Source: Laetmonice hystrix (taxonomy: Eukaryota). Taken from it: 64,000 nt of DNA. The stretch covers positions 54,190,001 to 54,254,000 of the forward strand of contig OZ249436.1 in assembly GCA_965235115.1 (NCBI GenBank), given 5' to 3'. Position 1 is the first letter of the stretch. Each line of letters opens with the position of its first letter. The notes beneath the pieces are model-generated. The model made no database searches and had not been told where the DNA came from. It was given only the letters and a program-made list of their open reading frames with translations. Shown in pieces: positions 45,801 through 57,800 of the stretch. Both the position numbers and the translations under genes were made by a program.

Positions 45801-48800
45801 TCTTTGACTGTATGTGTTGAGCAGACGTTGGGCAGGTCTCAGATAGACCAAGTGTACCAAAATTAAATCAATTGTTTGAGGTTAAAGGTAATCATCTTGA
45901 GGTCTACAAATGCATTGTGTGCGTCCTCAAATCCTGGAGAAGTCCTTTTGGATCAGCAAAAGTACAGAGCTGCAAATGGTCAAAAAAAATTGGAGCAGGG
46001 GTGCTAAATACAAGTCAGTGAATTGAAATAAGTTTTGCTGTTAAAAAAGTGTCTTGACGAAAAGAGAATAAATTGGGGAATCCTGCTAAATATATTAGAA
46101 TTTGGCTCATTAGAATGTGCCCCCCCCCCACACACACAAGCAGAAAATGCAAGCCTATGTCAGTTCAGTAGAAGTACATATGTGCCCCAGCCCATACCCA
46201 AGATTGGCCTTGGGGGGGGGGGGGGGCCCGTTCCATCTTTTGTATTCAGTTCGTTAGGCCTACAGCCGTAGCCTGAGCCTGAATACCCTCAGGTGCGAGG
46301 CCCCCTCCCTCCAGGGGGGTTCCGAAACCCCTGGACCCCCCCCCCCCCCCCGGGTACAGGCCTGATGCCTCCTGATATACCTGTTCAGAAAAAAAGGGTG
46401 CCGAAAAGTGTTAGCTTTCAAGAACGTTCTGGACAAAATGCTGTAAGAGTCGTGAAAGTTTGACAGAGACTGAGAAAGGTACAAAGTGTGACAGGTTTAA
46501 ATGATAACAGAAGACCAGTAACGTGTATCGGCAACACATGATGGTCCTTTGATCCCCCATGGATGGGGACATAGCAGTGACAGTTGACATAAGTACCAAG
46601 TATTCTAATCTCAAGATAGCCCCTCCTCCACCGCAAAACAAATAGGGTGCCTGGGTAAATGATACTGGTGAGTTCAGTTCATGTATATCAGGGAGGAATG
46701 TAATGTCTATACTACAGTACATGTATTGCATTTAAGTGACAGAATAAACTACCGGTGCGTAGGTGAACAGATAAGTGAATTATTTATTCACCATTTGTAT
46801 TCAAGAGGGGTGTGTTGAATTTGTTGAAATGCAAAATTAAAATGAAATCCTTGTTTAGTGACATTGATGAGTCATTTAAAATTTACTGTGTTATAAACGT
46901 GAAGTTTGTTCAGGGCTATGGATCAGAGGGAAAGGGTACATAATTAATGATAAGATGATCATTAACATCAGTATTTTGGTCAATGAGTTTGATTACTTTT
47001 ATACAAACTGGCTTAGTGTCAAATGTCGTAAATGGAATATTTGCAGGTCTCCAAGTGTGGATGTCATTGAAAAATAGTTATTGGTCTCTTGGTCAGGTGT
47101 CATTGTTAGTTGAATGCTTGTTGTTTAATGTTGGTGTTTGTATGAATGTCTGGCCACAATTTGATTTTTTTGGTCTTTAGTTCCTCTTTTGCATGACAAT
47201 GTTTCATTTGCCATGACCGCGTTGATTAAATTTAGTGCTCTGATTGGCTTGGTAAAGGAGTAAGCTTTGCTATAAGTTTGTTGGAATGATGTCTGAAGTT
47301 CTGGTTCGACAGTCAGGTCTTAGTAACGACAGTCAGGTCTTAGTAACAACAGTCAGGTCTCAGTAACAACAGTCAGGTCATAGTAACGACAGTCAGGTCT
47401 TAGTAACGACAATCAGGTCTTAGTAACGTGCAGGCCTTTAGTATAGTAGTGATCTAGGAGATTTTTTTTATCAGTACAGAAACTTCCAGAAGGGTTGTTG
47501 CATTCTCCCTTGTTATCTGAAGGTAGCATATAAACAGTTACTACCCATGGGAGCCGGTGACAGGTAGTGAAACAGGTAAGCTACCACAGGTACATGATTC
47601 CTCCTGGTGGCAGGGCAGGTGAACAAGACATTGATGGCCACTGTCAGATAGGCTCAGACAGTTTGATGGGTAAATGGTTGCTTTATTTTAGTCTAAGTAC
47701 AAAAGTGACGCATGTGTTAGTGTTTCTGCTTTGTATATTATGTGTAAGATTCTGGGAGTGTCACCCTCAGCATTGGTTCACCCACGCAGGTCAAGTCATT
47801 CTACCCAGCTGCATGGTGCTGCCTGCTGTGTGTGCAGGCCTGATTCATACACAGTATGCCACCCATCCGGTGGAGTTGATGCTAGTTGACCCCGTTCTCT
47901 GTCCCCAGGAGTTCAAGCCGACCTAGTTCCGAGGCCTGGAGTTGATGCTAGTTGCCCCCATTTCTGTGGCCCATGTGCTAGCTGACCCGATTATTTCCCT
48001 GACAGGGCCCGTATCCCGGCGGCAGGCGGTTGCTGTGACCCGAGAACTGTGTCATGATGAGGTGGTACGTCACCTCCTGTCGGTTAACTCAGTTATAACG
48101 TCCAGTGAACGTCGGCAGATCTACGTGTTGTTGTTCAGGAGTAGGACGTTGGTCCAACGTTTGTCTGTCTGTTGTAGCCATCTCTCAGACAGAGCCAGTA
48201 TTGAGCACATAGTGTGACCACCCCACAGTTCATACCTACCGCGTATGGTATCCAACCCCTTGCATTGTTTACACACTCCACCCCGCCACCAGGACCTATT
48301 GTGACTGGCTACCACTTGGAGCCCCCCAATCCCAGTGGCTGATTTCAAACCTAACATTGGTCTGAGGTTACACCTTCACGGACCGAGTGACGCCACTCGC
48401 TCACCGCTGATTCACCGCTTCCCTGTTTTCTGGCTTTCAGGAACCCCAAGACTGATTACACCTACTCTCGGAGGTAAGTGACAAGCTATAGTTTATAGCC
48501 TTTCCCTAAGTTACTTACATCACTGTAGCCATACCCAACAATTTTTTTTATAAACCTGATAATCTCATAGAATTAGTCTTGGCTTATCAATATGAGAAGA
48601 TTCGTTTTGTGAATAGAGATAGTGACTGAGTGATGTCGTTTTGCTGCCAGACATTGTTCTTGGAACATCAGAATTATTGATTTAAATTGTGTATTTTTTT
48701 GTATATTTTTTATTATTCATTTGTCTATTTACTAATTTAGGTATAATTTAGAAAAAAAATTATGTTGCTGACACAAGAAAATCAGAGCATGCTTGTTTTG

Positions 48801-51800
48801 TCTTAATACATCTCCATAGTTGACCTCTCAGTAAGTCCCACTCAGTATATGTATTTTAAAAATTCTCCAGTGATCGCTGTACATAGGCTTGAGGAGTACA
48901 TGCCAGGTCATGCTGACCCAGTTAGCAAAGTCTAGGGAACTGTTGCTATGGTAATGTTTAGGCCTAATGGTAGGGTGGCTGGAGCCAGATGTCGCCAGTC
49001 CCCTTTTTAATCATTCATGAGTCATAATCAAACAAACTGTCACACGTGTACACGTCAAAAGAAAGTTTAAGGCCCACTATTACTAAAGTTCTGTTATAAT
49101 GATGAAGTAGCTTTTTTCTAAATAAATATTGCAGGTCTCAGTTGTTCAAGTGTTGGTAACTCAAGTCTCCCTTTAAACCAGATTGTATGTAAATTGTAAG
49201 GGAGCAATTATAGAGGTACTAGTAGATATGTGCACCACAGGCGAGATCAGTACACACTAACCATGAAACGCCTTTAGCCACGGATTGATCTCAGGTCAAC
49301 AGGTCAAATGTTTGAAATCACATGATCACTGGACCGTTCACTGACCTCATCAACCCCACCAAACATGTGTGTGTGTTTTTAATGACATCCTGCAGGCTGC
49401 ACTGGTCTGCATTCCACAGGTAGACCAGCCAGTAGACCCTCCATATGACTGACCAGCCAGTAGACCCTCCCTGTGACTGACCAGCCAGTAGACCCTCCCT
49501 GTGACTGATCAGCCAGTAGACCCTCCCCATGACTAACCAACCAGTAGACCCTCCCCATGGATGACCAGCCAGTAGACCCTCCCCTTGACTGACCAGCCAG
49601 GCCAGTAGACCCTCCCTGTGACTGATCAGCCAGTAGACCCTCCCTGTGACTGATCAGCCAGTAGACCCTCCCTGTGACTGATCAGCCAGTAGACCCTCCC
49701 CTTGACTGACCAGCCAGGCCAGTAGACCCTCCCTGTGACTGATCAGCCAGTAGACCCTCCCTGTGACTGATCAGCCAGTAGACCCTCCCCGTGACTGATC
49801 AGCCAGTAGACCCTCCCTGTGACTGATCAGCCAGTAGACCCTCCCTGTGACTGATCAGCCAGTAGACCCTCCCTGTGACTGATCAGCCAGTAGACCCTCC
49901 CCTTGACTGACCAGCCAGGCCAGTAGACCCTCCCTGTGACTGATCAGCCAGTAGACCCTCCCTGTGACTGACCAGCCAGTAGACCCTCCCCTTGACTGAC
50001 CAGCCAGGCCAGTAGACCCTCCCTGTGACTGATCAGCCAGTAGACCCTCCCTGTGACTGATCAGCCAGTAGACCCTCCCTGTGACTGATCAGCCAGTAGA
50101 CCCTCCCTGTGACTGATCAGCCAGTAGACCCTCCCTGTGACTGATCAGCCAGTAGACCCTCCCTGTGACTGATCAGCCAGTAGACCCTCCCCGTGACTGA
50201 TCAGCCAGTAGACCCTCCCCGTGACTGATCAGCCAGTAGACCCTCCCCATGGATGACCAGCCAGTAAACCCTCCCCTTGACTGACCAGCCAGTAAACCCT
50301 CCACATCACTGACCAGCCAGGCCAGTAGACCCTCCCTGTGACTGACCAGCCAGTAGACCCTCCCCATGACTGACCAGCCAGTAGACCCTCCGTGTGACTG
50401 ATCAGCCAGTAGACCCTCCCCATGACTGACCAGCCAGTAGACCCTCCCCGTGACTGACCAGCCAGTAAACCCGTTCCACATCACGGAACGGGAAGCGTCA
50501 AACGTCACGGAACTATAACCCAGAGACTGAGCCCAGGTCAATTTGTCTGGAGTCTGGACCTGGAGCCTGAGTTTGGGTGGTGATGGCGTGGGTCGGGAGA
50601 GCTTTTTATTGTGTTGCTGCACGATTTTACACTGGAGATGTTTTAGTCATTAATTTTTAGGAGAGGCGAGTCCATGAAACGTTTTTAAAAGATTTAAAAT
50701 TTCGTATCTATTGCGTTGATAAAAAAAAACAACAACAGTTGTGTGCCTGATAGAATAGTATGCAAGGGAAAATATGTAACCCCCATCCTCCCAGCATAAG
50801 GATGTTGTATTGATCCGGGTTGTCTGGGCAGCACTACGTTCACAGACATCCAAGCTTGGTGATGGGTTGTGGGATGTGGGGCTCAGGGCCACCAGCCGGC
50901 TCCTTTACTTGGGGAGGGGTTGAGTAGGAATGGTCTGCTACTGAGAGTCCACCGATTACCTGATTGAGGGTTGGGATGAGTGCTAGCCCATTGATCAGCT
51001 GATTGAAGGTTGTGATGAGTGCTAGCCCATTGATCAGCTGATTGAAGGTTGGGATGAGTGCTAGCCCATTGATCAGCTGATTGAAGGTTGGGATGAGTGC
51101 TAGCCCATTGATCAGCTGATTGAAGGTTGGGATGAGTGCTAGAACATTGATCAGCTGATTGAGGGTTGGGATGAGTGCTAGCCCATTGATCAGCTGATTG
51201 AGGGTTGGGATGAGTGCTAGCCCATTGATCATCTGATTGAGGGTTGGGATAAGTGGTGGCCAATCGGCTAATTGGGGTGGGATGAGTACTAGCCCTCCAA
51301 CCGATCGGCTGATTGGGGTGGGATGAGCGCTAGCCCAACAATACACTGGGGGTTGGTAAAGCTGAAGGGGTGGGGGGTTCGGGTAACGATCATCATTTTT
51401 GCATATAGATGGCAGTAGTAGAGAGAGAATGGCTTGGCTTGGTCCGACAGATTAGATTCAATACTTGTCCTCTCATCCTATGTAGAACTAAGTAGAGGTC
51501 CAGTACTGGTACTCTATATATCTTACTGACCACCCCTGCCCCCCGTCCCCTGTCCCCTTCCCTTCCCTGTCATGTAAGCCTACTTGGTTTTAGTTTTGCT
51601 TCCATTGTGTATCCATCATCCAAGGTAATAAACTTACATTGTTTGTTTGGTCAGTGGGAGCTACAAGCAGCAATCTGTGAACGATGTCTACATAAGCCCC
51701 AACATGTCGCGATCATCACTGAGAGGGGGTGCCTACCCCGACAGCCCCGCCCTCACCTATCAGCCACCGTCCTTTAGGATGGAGGAGTCGTACATCACCC

Positions 51801-54800
51801 GAGAACATACACATCACAAAGGTAAAAACTCCTCATCACTCTGGGGTGGGCAGACACTTTATTTAAAGGCATACTGAAGGCAAACCCCAAAAGAAGTGCA
51901 AGAATTAAAGAATCGTGAATGTACAAGTTATGACTACTGCATCTAAAGGCCAGAACAGTCATGGCTAAGGTCTGAACGTCAATCTGTTCCTGTAATGGAC
52001 TCAGTTCATGACAAGTCTGATTAGGGGGTTTGAAAATTAAAATTCCGATTTTCTATTGGTGTCATTGACTAAATATGCACTCTAAGTATCTGACAGGTAT
52101 ATTTTTAGAATGTCTATTTTGGAACTTATTCAATCTTTACCTCCGCCTTAAGTTGATTGGACTTCAGTTAACAGATGCCATACTGCTGGGGCACAACCAA
52201 AGTATCCAACAGTGTACTACTACACTAGGAGCTCAAGGTACTATATGGGGTATCCTTGATCCAATGCTCACCCTAGGTTTTATTGTTTCTCTAACATGTG
52301 TAAGGTGTGGTACTTTCAGAAGCATCAGAGCATGAGTATGCAGAGCCCTCGCAGCGCCTGCTTGGAGTCCACGGTCTCCGCTTACCAGCCAGTGCAACAC
52401 GTTCAGGAAGGAATTATGGTGGCAAGTGGGACCCCATGACTAGGGAGGAGCGGCGACTGCGACGGAGACGATCCCAGCGAAACTCCACTAATGTGTTAAC
52501 TGAGCACGATGATGAGACTAATTCAGAGTTCAGCGTGAATGAAATGGCTGACTTCAAGGCTATAGAGAAACAACTTGAGTATTCTGGGAATGCCAGCCTC
52601 TACAAAGAGAGCTCATTGAATCACCTGTATGGTAAGCAACCTTTGGGATCTTTTAACTTCTTAAAGTGATAGTCTAGGCTTTTCGCTTATATTAGTTATA
52701 ATGTCAAGTTCTCGTGTCAACTCTATGAATTTAGTGCTCTCCTAACTAATATTTATAGCTTGTCATAAATTACCCCTCCCCCATTGACATTGTTAAAATA
52801 AATTTACGGTGTCTAACCCTTTTCATATTTGCATTAATCAGCCAGTTTGTGCGCCATGGATTTGAACTGAAAGCATTTAATGAAATGAGGAAATGTCTGA
52901 TATAAATTATAAGAGCCAACTGTGTGCAAGTCCTAAAAACTTCATGCATACAGTGGTAATACATGTTATTGCTGTTCTGAAATAAAGTCTCGTTACCAAA
53001 ATTCTTCAGTTGCCTTCATATTTCACTCAAAAGTAATATCACTGACTAATGAAAGACTCGGCAATGTTTTTGTACTCATGTCTCTACTGTTGGATGATAT
53101 TCAGGTTTAGACCACACAGATGCTGAGATATCTGACACGGAGTCGAGTGAGGGTGATGGTGCAGTTGAGCCGCGGGAGAAATCTGTAACGACATGGACTA
53201 CCATCATGAGCATTATAACCACGATACTGACAACAGTCGTCAGCACTGCCAAGTCATCTGCAGGTTTGTACACTTGATGCTCTTTCTGTTATCATGAACT
53301 ACTTCGCATCTACAATCTACTTTGCCTTCATGTTGTATTTTTTTTCGGTACATGATGGGAGGGAAGTCCTTGGAGGTCATGCATATTTTCAATGGCCTAT
53401 ACATGTACATGTATCTTCAAAACATTTGAAGATAAAGACATAATCTGATATGAAACATTACATAATGATCAGGGACACTGTCTAAAGATATTTTTGATAT
53501 CATTCAAAATGGCTGCTTGGTGGCCATCTTGGATATAAACACATCTGGAACAATAACTCAAGACAACAGTATCTGGATTTCTTTCAAATTAGTGACAAGA
53601 GAAGGCAAATGAGGGGCAATTTATTTTGTGTTCAGACTAAATATAATTGTTCAAGATAACCTTGTGAGGTCAATCAAGGTCAGGCCCCTGCATGACGATT
53701 CATATCACACTTCAAGATAACCACTTACCCTTACTACAAATAATGAAGACATGAAGTTTCTTTGTGACTCATGTATCAAAGATGTTCTTACATGGATTGT
53801 ATCTCAAAAATACAAAGTACCAGGGATGAAAGTTTTCAGGAAATTTCCTGAAATCAGGAAATTTGAAAAAATCCCCCCCCCCCCAAGAAATAACACCCAA
53901 AAAAGGAAATAGGCCTAGATCTATAGGCAAAAGAGGTAGGCCTAAGCCAAGGCTAAGTATTGCCCTGGACTGTGTGGTGGGCAATTTTATTTGTTAATAT
54001 CAAATGAAATAATATCCCCTTCCAGGACGTTTTTTAACACCATGCAGCTCAATATATCTCTACCTGCTGGTGCTGGTGTACCGCCCGCGGTCCCTGTAGC
54101 TGTGGTCACATCGCTCACATAGACCGGCCCGCGTGGGCTGACTTCTACCGGCACGCGGTGGCGTCTGTCCCATCTGGCAGGCACGGCCCCGTGTCGCTGT
54201 GGTGAGAGCGACTCAACTCAGGTAATGACTTCAGGCAAAACTGATGGTCAGGCAGCTGCGAAGCCCGTTGATTCAGGCTTGCCATTATGCCATATCCATG
54301 CGCGAGTTTTGCCTGAGCGCTCACTTAGTGATAGCAACGAGACTATAGACAGACCGGTCTGTCTAGTCCCGGTGATAGTGATTCGGCTGACGAACTACGC
54401 ACCATCACAATGTCACTCCTCACAGGAAACTGGGTCAATTTAGTTCTATGAATCTGCCTATTATATATGTCAGTAAGTTTTCATAATGTTTTCTTGCATA
54501 TAAATTTGAGGATAATGGCATTACGTAAGTGGTTTTCACTGAAGTGTTGGGGTTGTCAGGACTTTTCATTACATTTGTCGATCAGTGCAGCTGTCCTGAT
54601 AAGACCGGAAGTGACAATATTCACATGAGTGGCACATGGACACACGGGCTGAACCACTCGACTCAGCGGCTGTGTCGCTTGGCTGAGAGCCGCTGAGGGT
54701 CGTGACTGCTGAGGGTCAAGACTGATGGACAGCCTGTGTGGTCAGTCTAACACATGGAAGCTGTTTGACAACGTAATCGGGTGCATTTTGGACGCTAAAA

Positions 54801-57800
54801 GCCGACTGGATTCCAATGTTGGAGAGAGACGGCAGAGCCAGGCAGCGGTTGACAGTGAGTGACAGGCAAGCAACAGCCTTGAACAGGGGCATGGACTGAT
54901 GAGTGATGGAGTCTATCCAGCAAATTTGCAGGGGTGGGGGGTTGGGGGGTTGGGGGGTTGGGGGGTTGGGGGGGGTTGGGGGTTGGGGGGTTGGGGGGGG
55001 GGTGGCGACTAAATACTGAGGGCTAGGCCCTATAATATATAATAGCTAGGAGCCTTATCGGATCATGATTGTCTGCTGTTCCTAGCCTGACTTTTTTTAA
55101 GGGGGGGGGGGATAAGCCTTGGATGTGCGCATGAACAAATATTAATTATGGACATTGGCCCTCGCCGCTCCCCCCCCCCCCCCCCCCCGGTCAGAATTTC
55201 AGGAAATTTTACAGCTGGCCACTTTCATCCCTGAAGTACACATAGTTCCTAAACCCACAGATACTCCGGTAGTTAGTCCTTACCCAGTTGAGGGCTGTGA
55301 CTCCGACGGGGTCTTGTTCTTGTTGACTAGAATACAAACGAGAACATGTGATTGTGCTATAGCTTTAAATTCTAGAGTTACATACCAGTAAGTTATCATG
55401 GAACAGTCTTTATTTCTTGCACTCTCATTTCTGGAACGATTGTTTTGATTTCAGATGCATTCAGGATTCTTCATTGTATTCTTTAATTATACCACAGAAT
55501 ATCCAAGGTTTGATATTGGTACTTACAGTTGAAAAACCATGTTACCATGTTTGACGTTCCAGGGCTCGTGAAGAGGACAGCCACAGGGGTGTGGAGGCTC
55601 GTCCCCCGCCGACAGGCCAGTGAGGAGGGTAGGTTATGAGGGGGGCTATGTCTGTAGCCTGCTGTAGTAAATGTGAATTGTTAACTTTGTCACCCATTGT
55701 GGTGATATATTGACTTCACATAATATGTTACACACATCGTTATCATGCAGACAAAAATGCAGTGATCAGTGTACAGATTTCAGCGAACTCCACAATTCCA
55801 TAGTGCCTGGTCACCAAAAGATTCTTGAAAGTCACTTAGCTGTTTTGGGATTAGCTTTGTAACAAACCCAAATGTGTTGAGACTCGAGCACACAAGGGGA
55901 TAGAAAGAAAATGGAGGAGAAATGTCAGATAGCTCTGAATGAAAACATACAAGTGTGATATTTTGCAAAATCTTCAGTCCGTTATCCTATGTGGACACTT
56001 CTGCAGGATTTGAGGTGAGAGGAGGTAAACGGTCGAAGTATATGACCCGTCAGATGACGACGGTGACGGAAGTGACAGAGGAGAACATGTCATGGGACGG
56101 AGGCCCACAACGTGACCCAGACGCCAAGGGGTCAAGGTTCCTGGCTTGCTTGGGCTGGCTCTGGATGGTGCTGACCTCTAGTGTTGGCTTCCTGGTATTA
56201 TTGCCGGTAACGCTGGTATCTGGTACGTTCAGACTGTCAGACCAAGGTTGTAACAATGTCAGCGGATATGGAAGGTTTTCATCCACGATTGGTGTCACTG
56301 TCCATGGCTGAACCATAATGTAAACATAATGAAAACAAATGTAAGTCGATTACAGGCTTTTATAATGCCTAAATAATACACTTATTTTAGAAAGCAAAAT
56401 TTGAAAACAAATTCATTTGCTAGCACGTCTTAGAACAGAAGGAACACAAGCGTAATAGAATGTGGTGGTTGGTGACGTTGACATTGACGTATGGATGGTG
56501 ATTGACAGGTGCCATCACTCTGCTGTCTAAGGCCAAGGGTTGGATGATGGGTACACGTTCCCATGGTGATGCACTTAGGCCTACCCAGGGTACGAAACAT
56601 ATCTTTCCCCAGTCCACAAACCTAGGCTGGTAAACACAGATATTGGGGCAGTGGAGGCACAAGATATGATTTTACATTTAATTTGATACAATTTACTGAA
56701 TTATATAACTTATATAATTTTCTGAATAATTTTGAATTTGCTTCTATCCAATTCAAAAAGTAATAGTAAAATCCAGAGATAGTTAGTGTTTTTACAGATA
56801 TCAACATGTACTGAATATTTGCATGATTTACTTATAATTAATTAAACAACGTATTCTTGATGAATACATGTAAAAGAGTGTTTGAATAATGATTTCAGAC
56901 GCAGAATATGATTATGATTCTGAGACAGAAGAATACAGTAGTATCAAACGCACGACCACAACAGTTACAGAAACAACAGCCAGTTACATGAAAGAGCCAA
57001 GTGTCACTGCTCATGGTAACGCTGAGAGCGCCTCCTGGTCGTCTGTGGTGAAGTCACTGTTCACTCGAGTATGGAGGGCACTGCTTGTCCCTGTCAGTGT
57101 TCTTATGGTCGTCCCAGTTAATCTGATTATTGGTATGTCATAGGTCAATTTTTGGGGGTGGGTTGATTGAATTTCTTGATAAAGGTATCATTATTTCCCA
57201 ACAGTATTTGGTTCAAATGAGTAGTGGTTATTGAAGTCTTCCTGTGGGAACTTGTTGAAAACTACAAAATGCTGAAAAATGCTCCCTCTGCTAGGATGCC
57301 AAGTTTCTAGCCCTGTCAGTTGAACCTTGCAAGGTTTCATTTTGGCCACAGATTGAGAGAGGTTTGTGGTTTGTAGGTGCAGGCAAGTGGCTGACGGAGT
57401 CTGTGTCTTGGCTCACTACGACCCATGTTCAAGATGCTCGCTATGGTAGGTGGTACTGATCTCTGCAGCTTGATAGAGCTTTGTATTCTAGGTTTATTTA
57501 CAGACACAGTAACCGCGATTAAGATTCAACAAACGGGTCTGTTTGATGGGTTTGATGATGGTTGGAGGGGTTGATGGGTTAGGTTATGATGTGGGTATCC
57601 AACTGGTGTTCTTAGCCGCGAGAAGGCTTCTCCAATATCAACATCTTGTAAACCATCAGGCCTCATGGCAGGTGGACCAGGCATAGTCAACAAGGATTTT
57701 AGGGAAAGTTTAATGTAAGCTCAGTATTTGTAGGACTACCTGATATTTAAATATAACACCCCCATTCCAGACGATGAAAAAGATTATGATACACAAGAAA

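Noticed and set aside
47567..48217. Consecutive ORFs of 119 and 91 aa in SUN intron 2
   Set aside because: No recognisable domain or phase-compatible splice sites; possibly old TE sequence.
49423..50472. CRISPR-like array of 28-bp repeats
   Set aside because: Repeats are head-to-tail without unique spacers, there are no cas genes, and the context is a eukaryotic intron.
50173..51346. Repetitive minus-strand ORFs (149, 168, 126 aa)
   Set aside because: By-products of the 28-bp and 39-bp minisatellites; several frames are open and there is no splice or homology support.
54931..55003. Telomeric repeat
   Set aside because: Unit is GGGGGTT-like, not TTAGGG, and it is internal to a TIR element.
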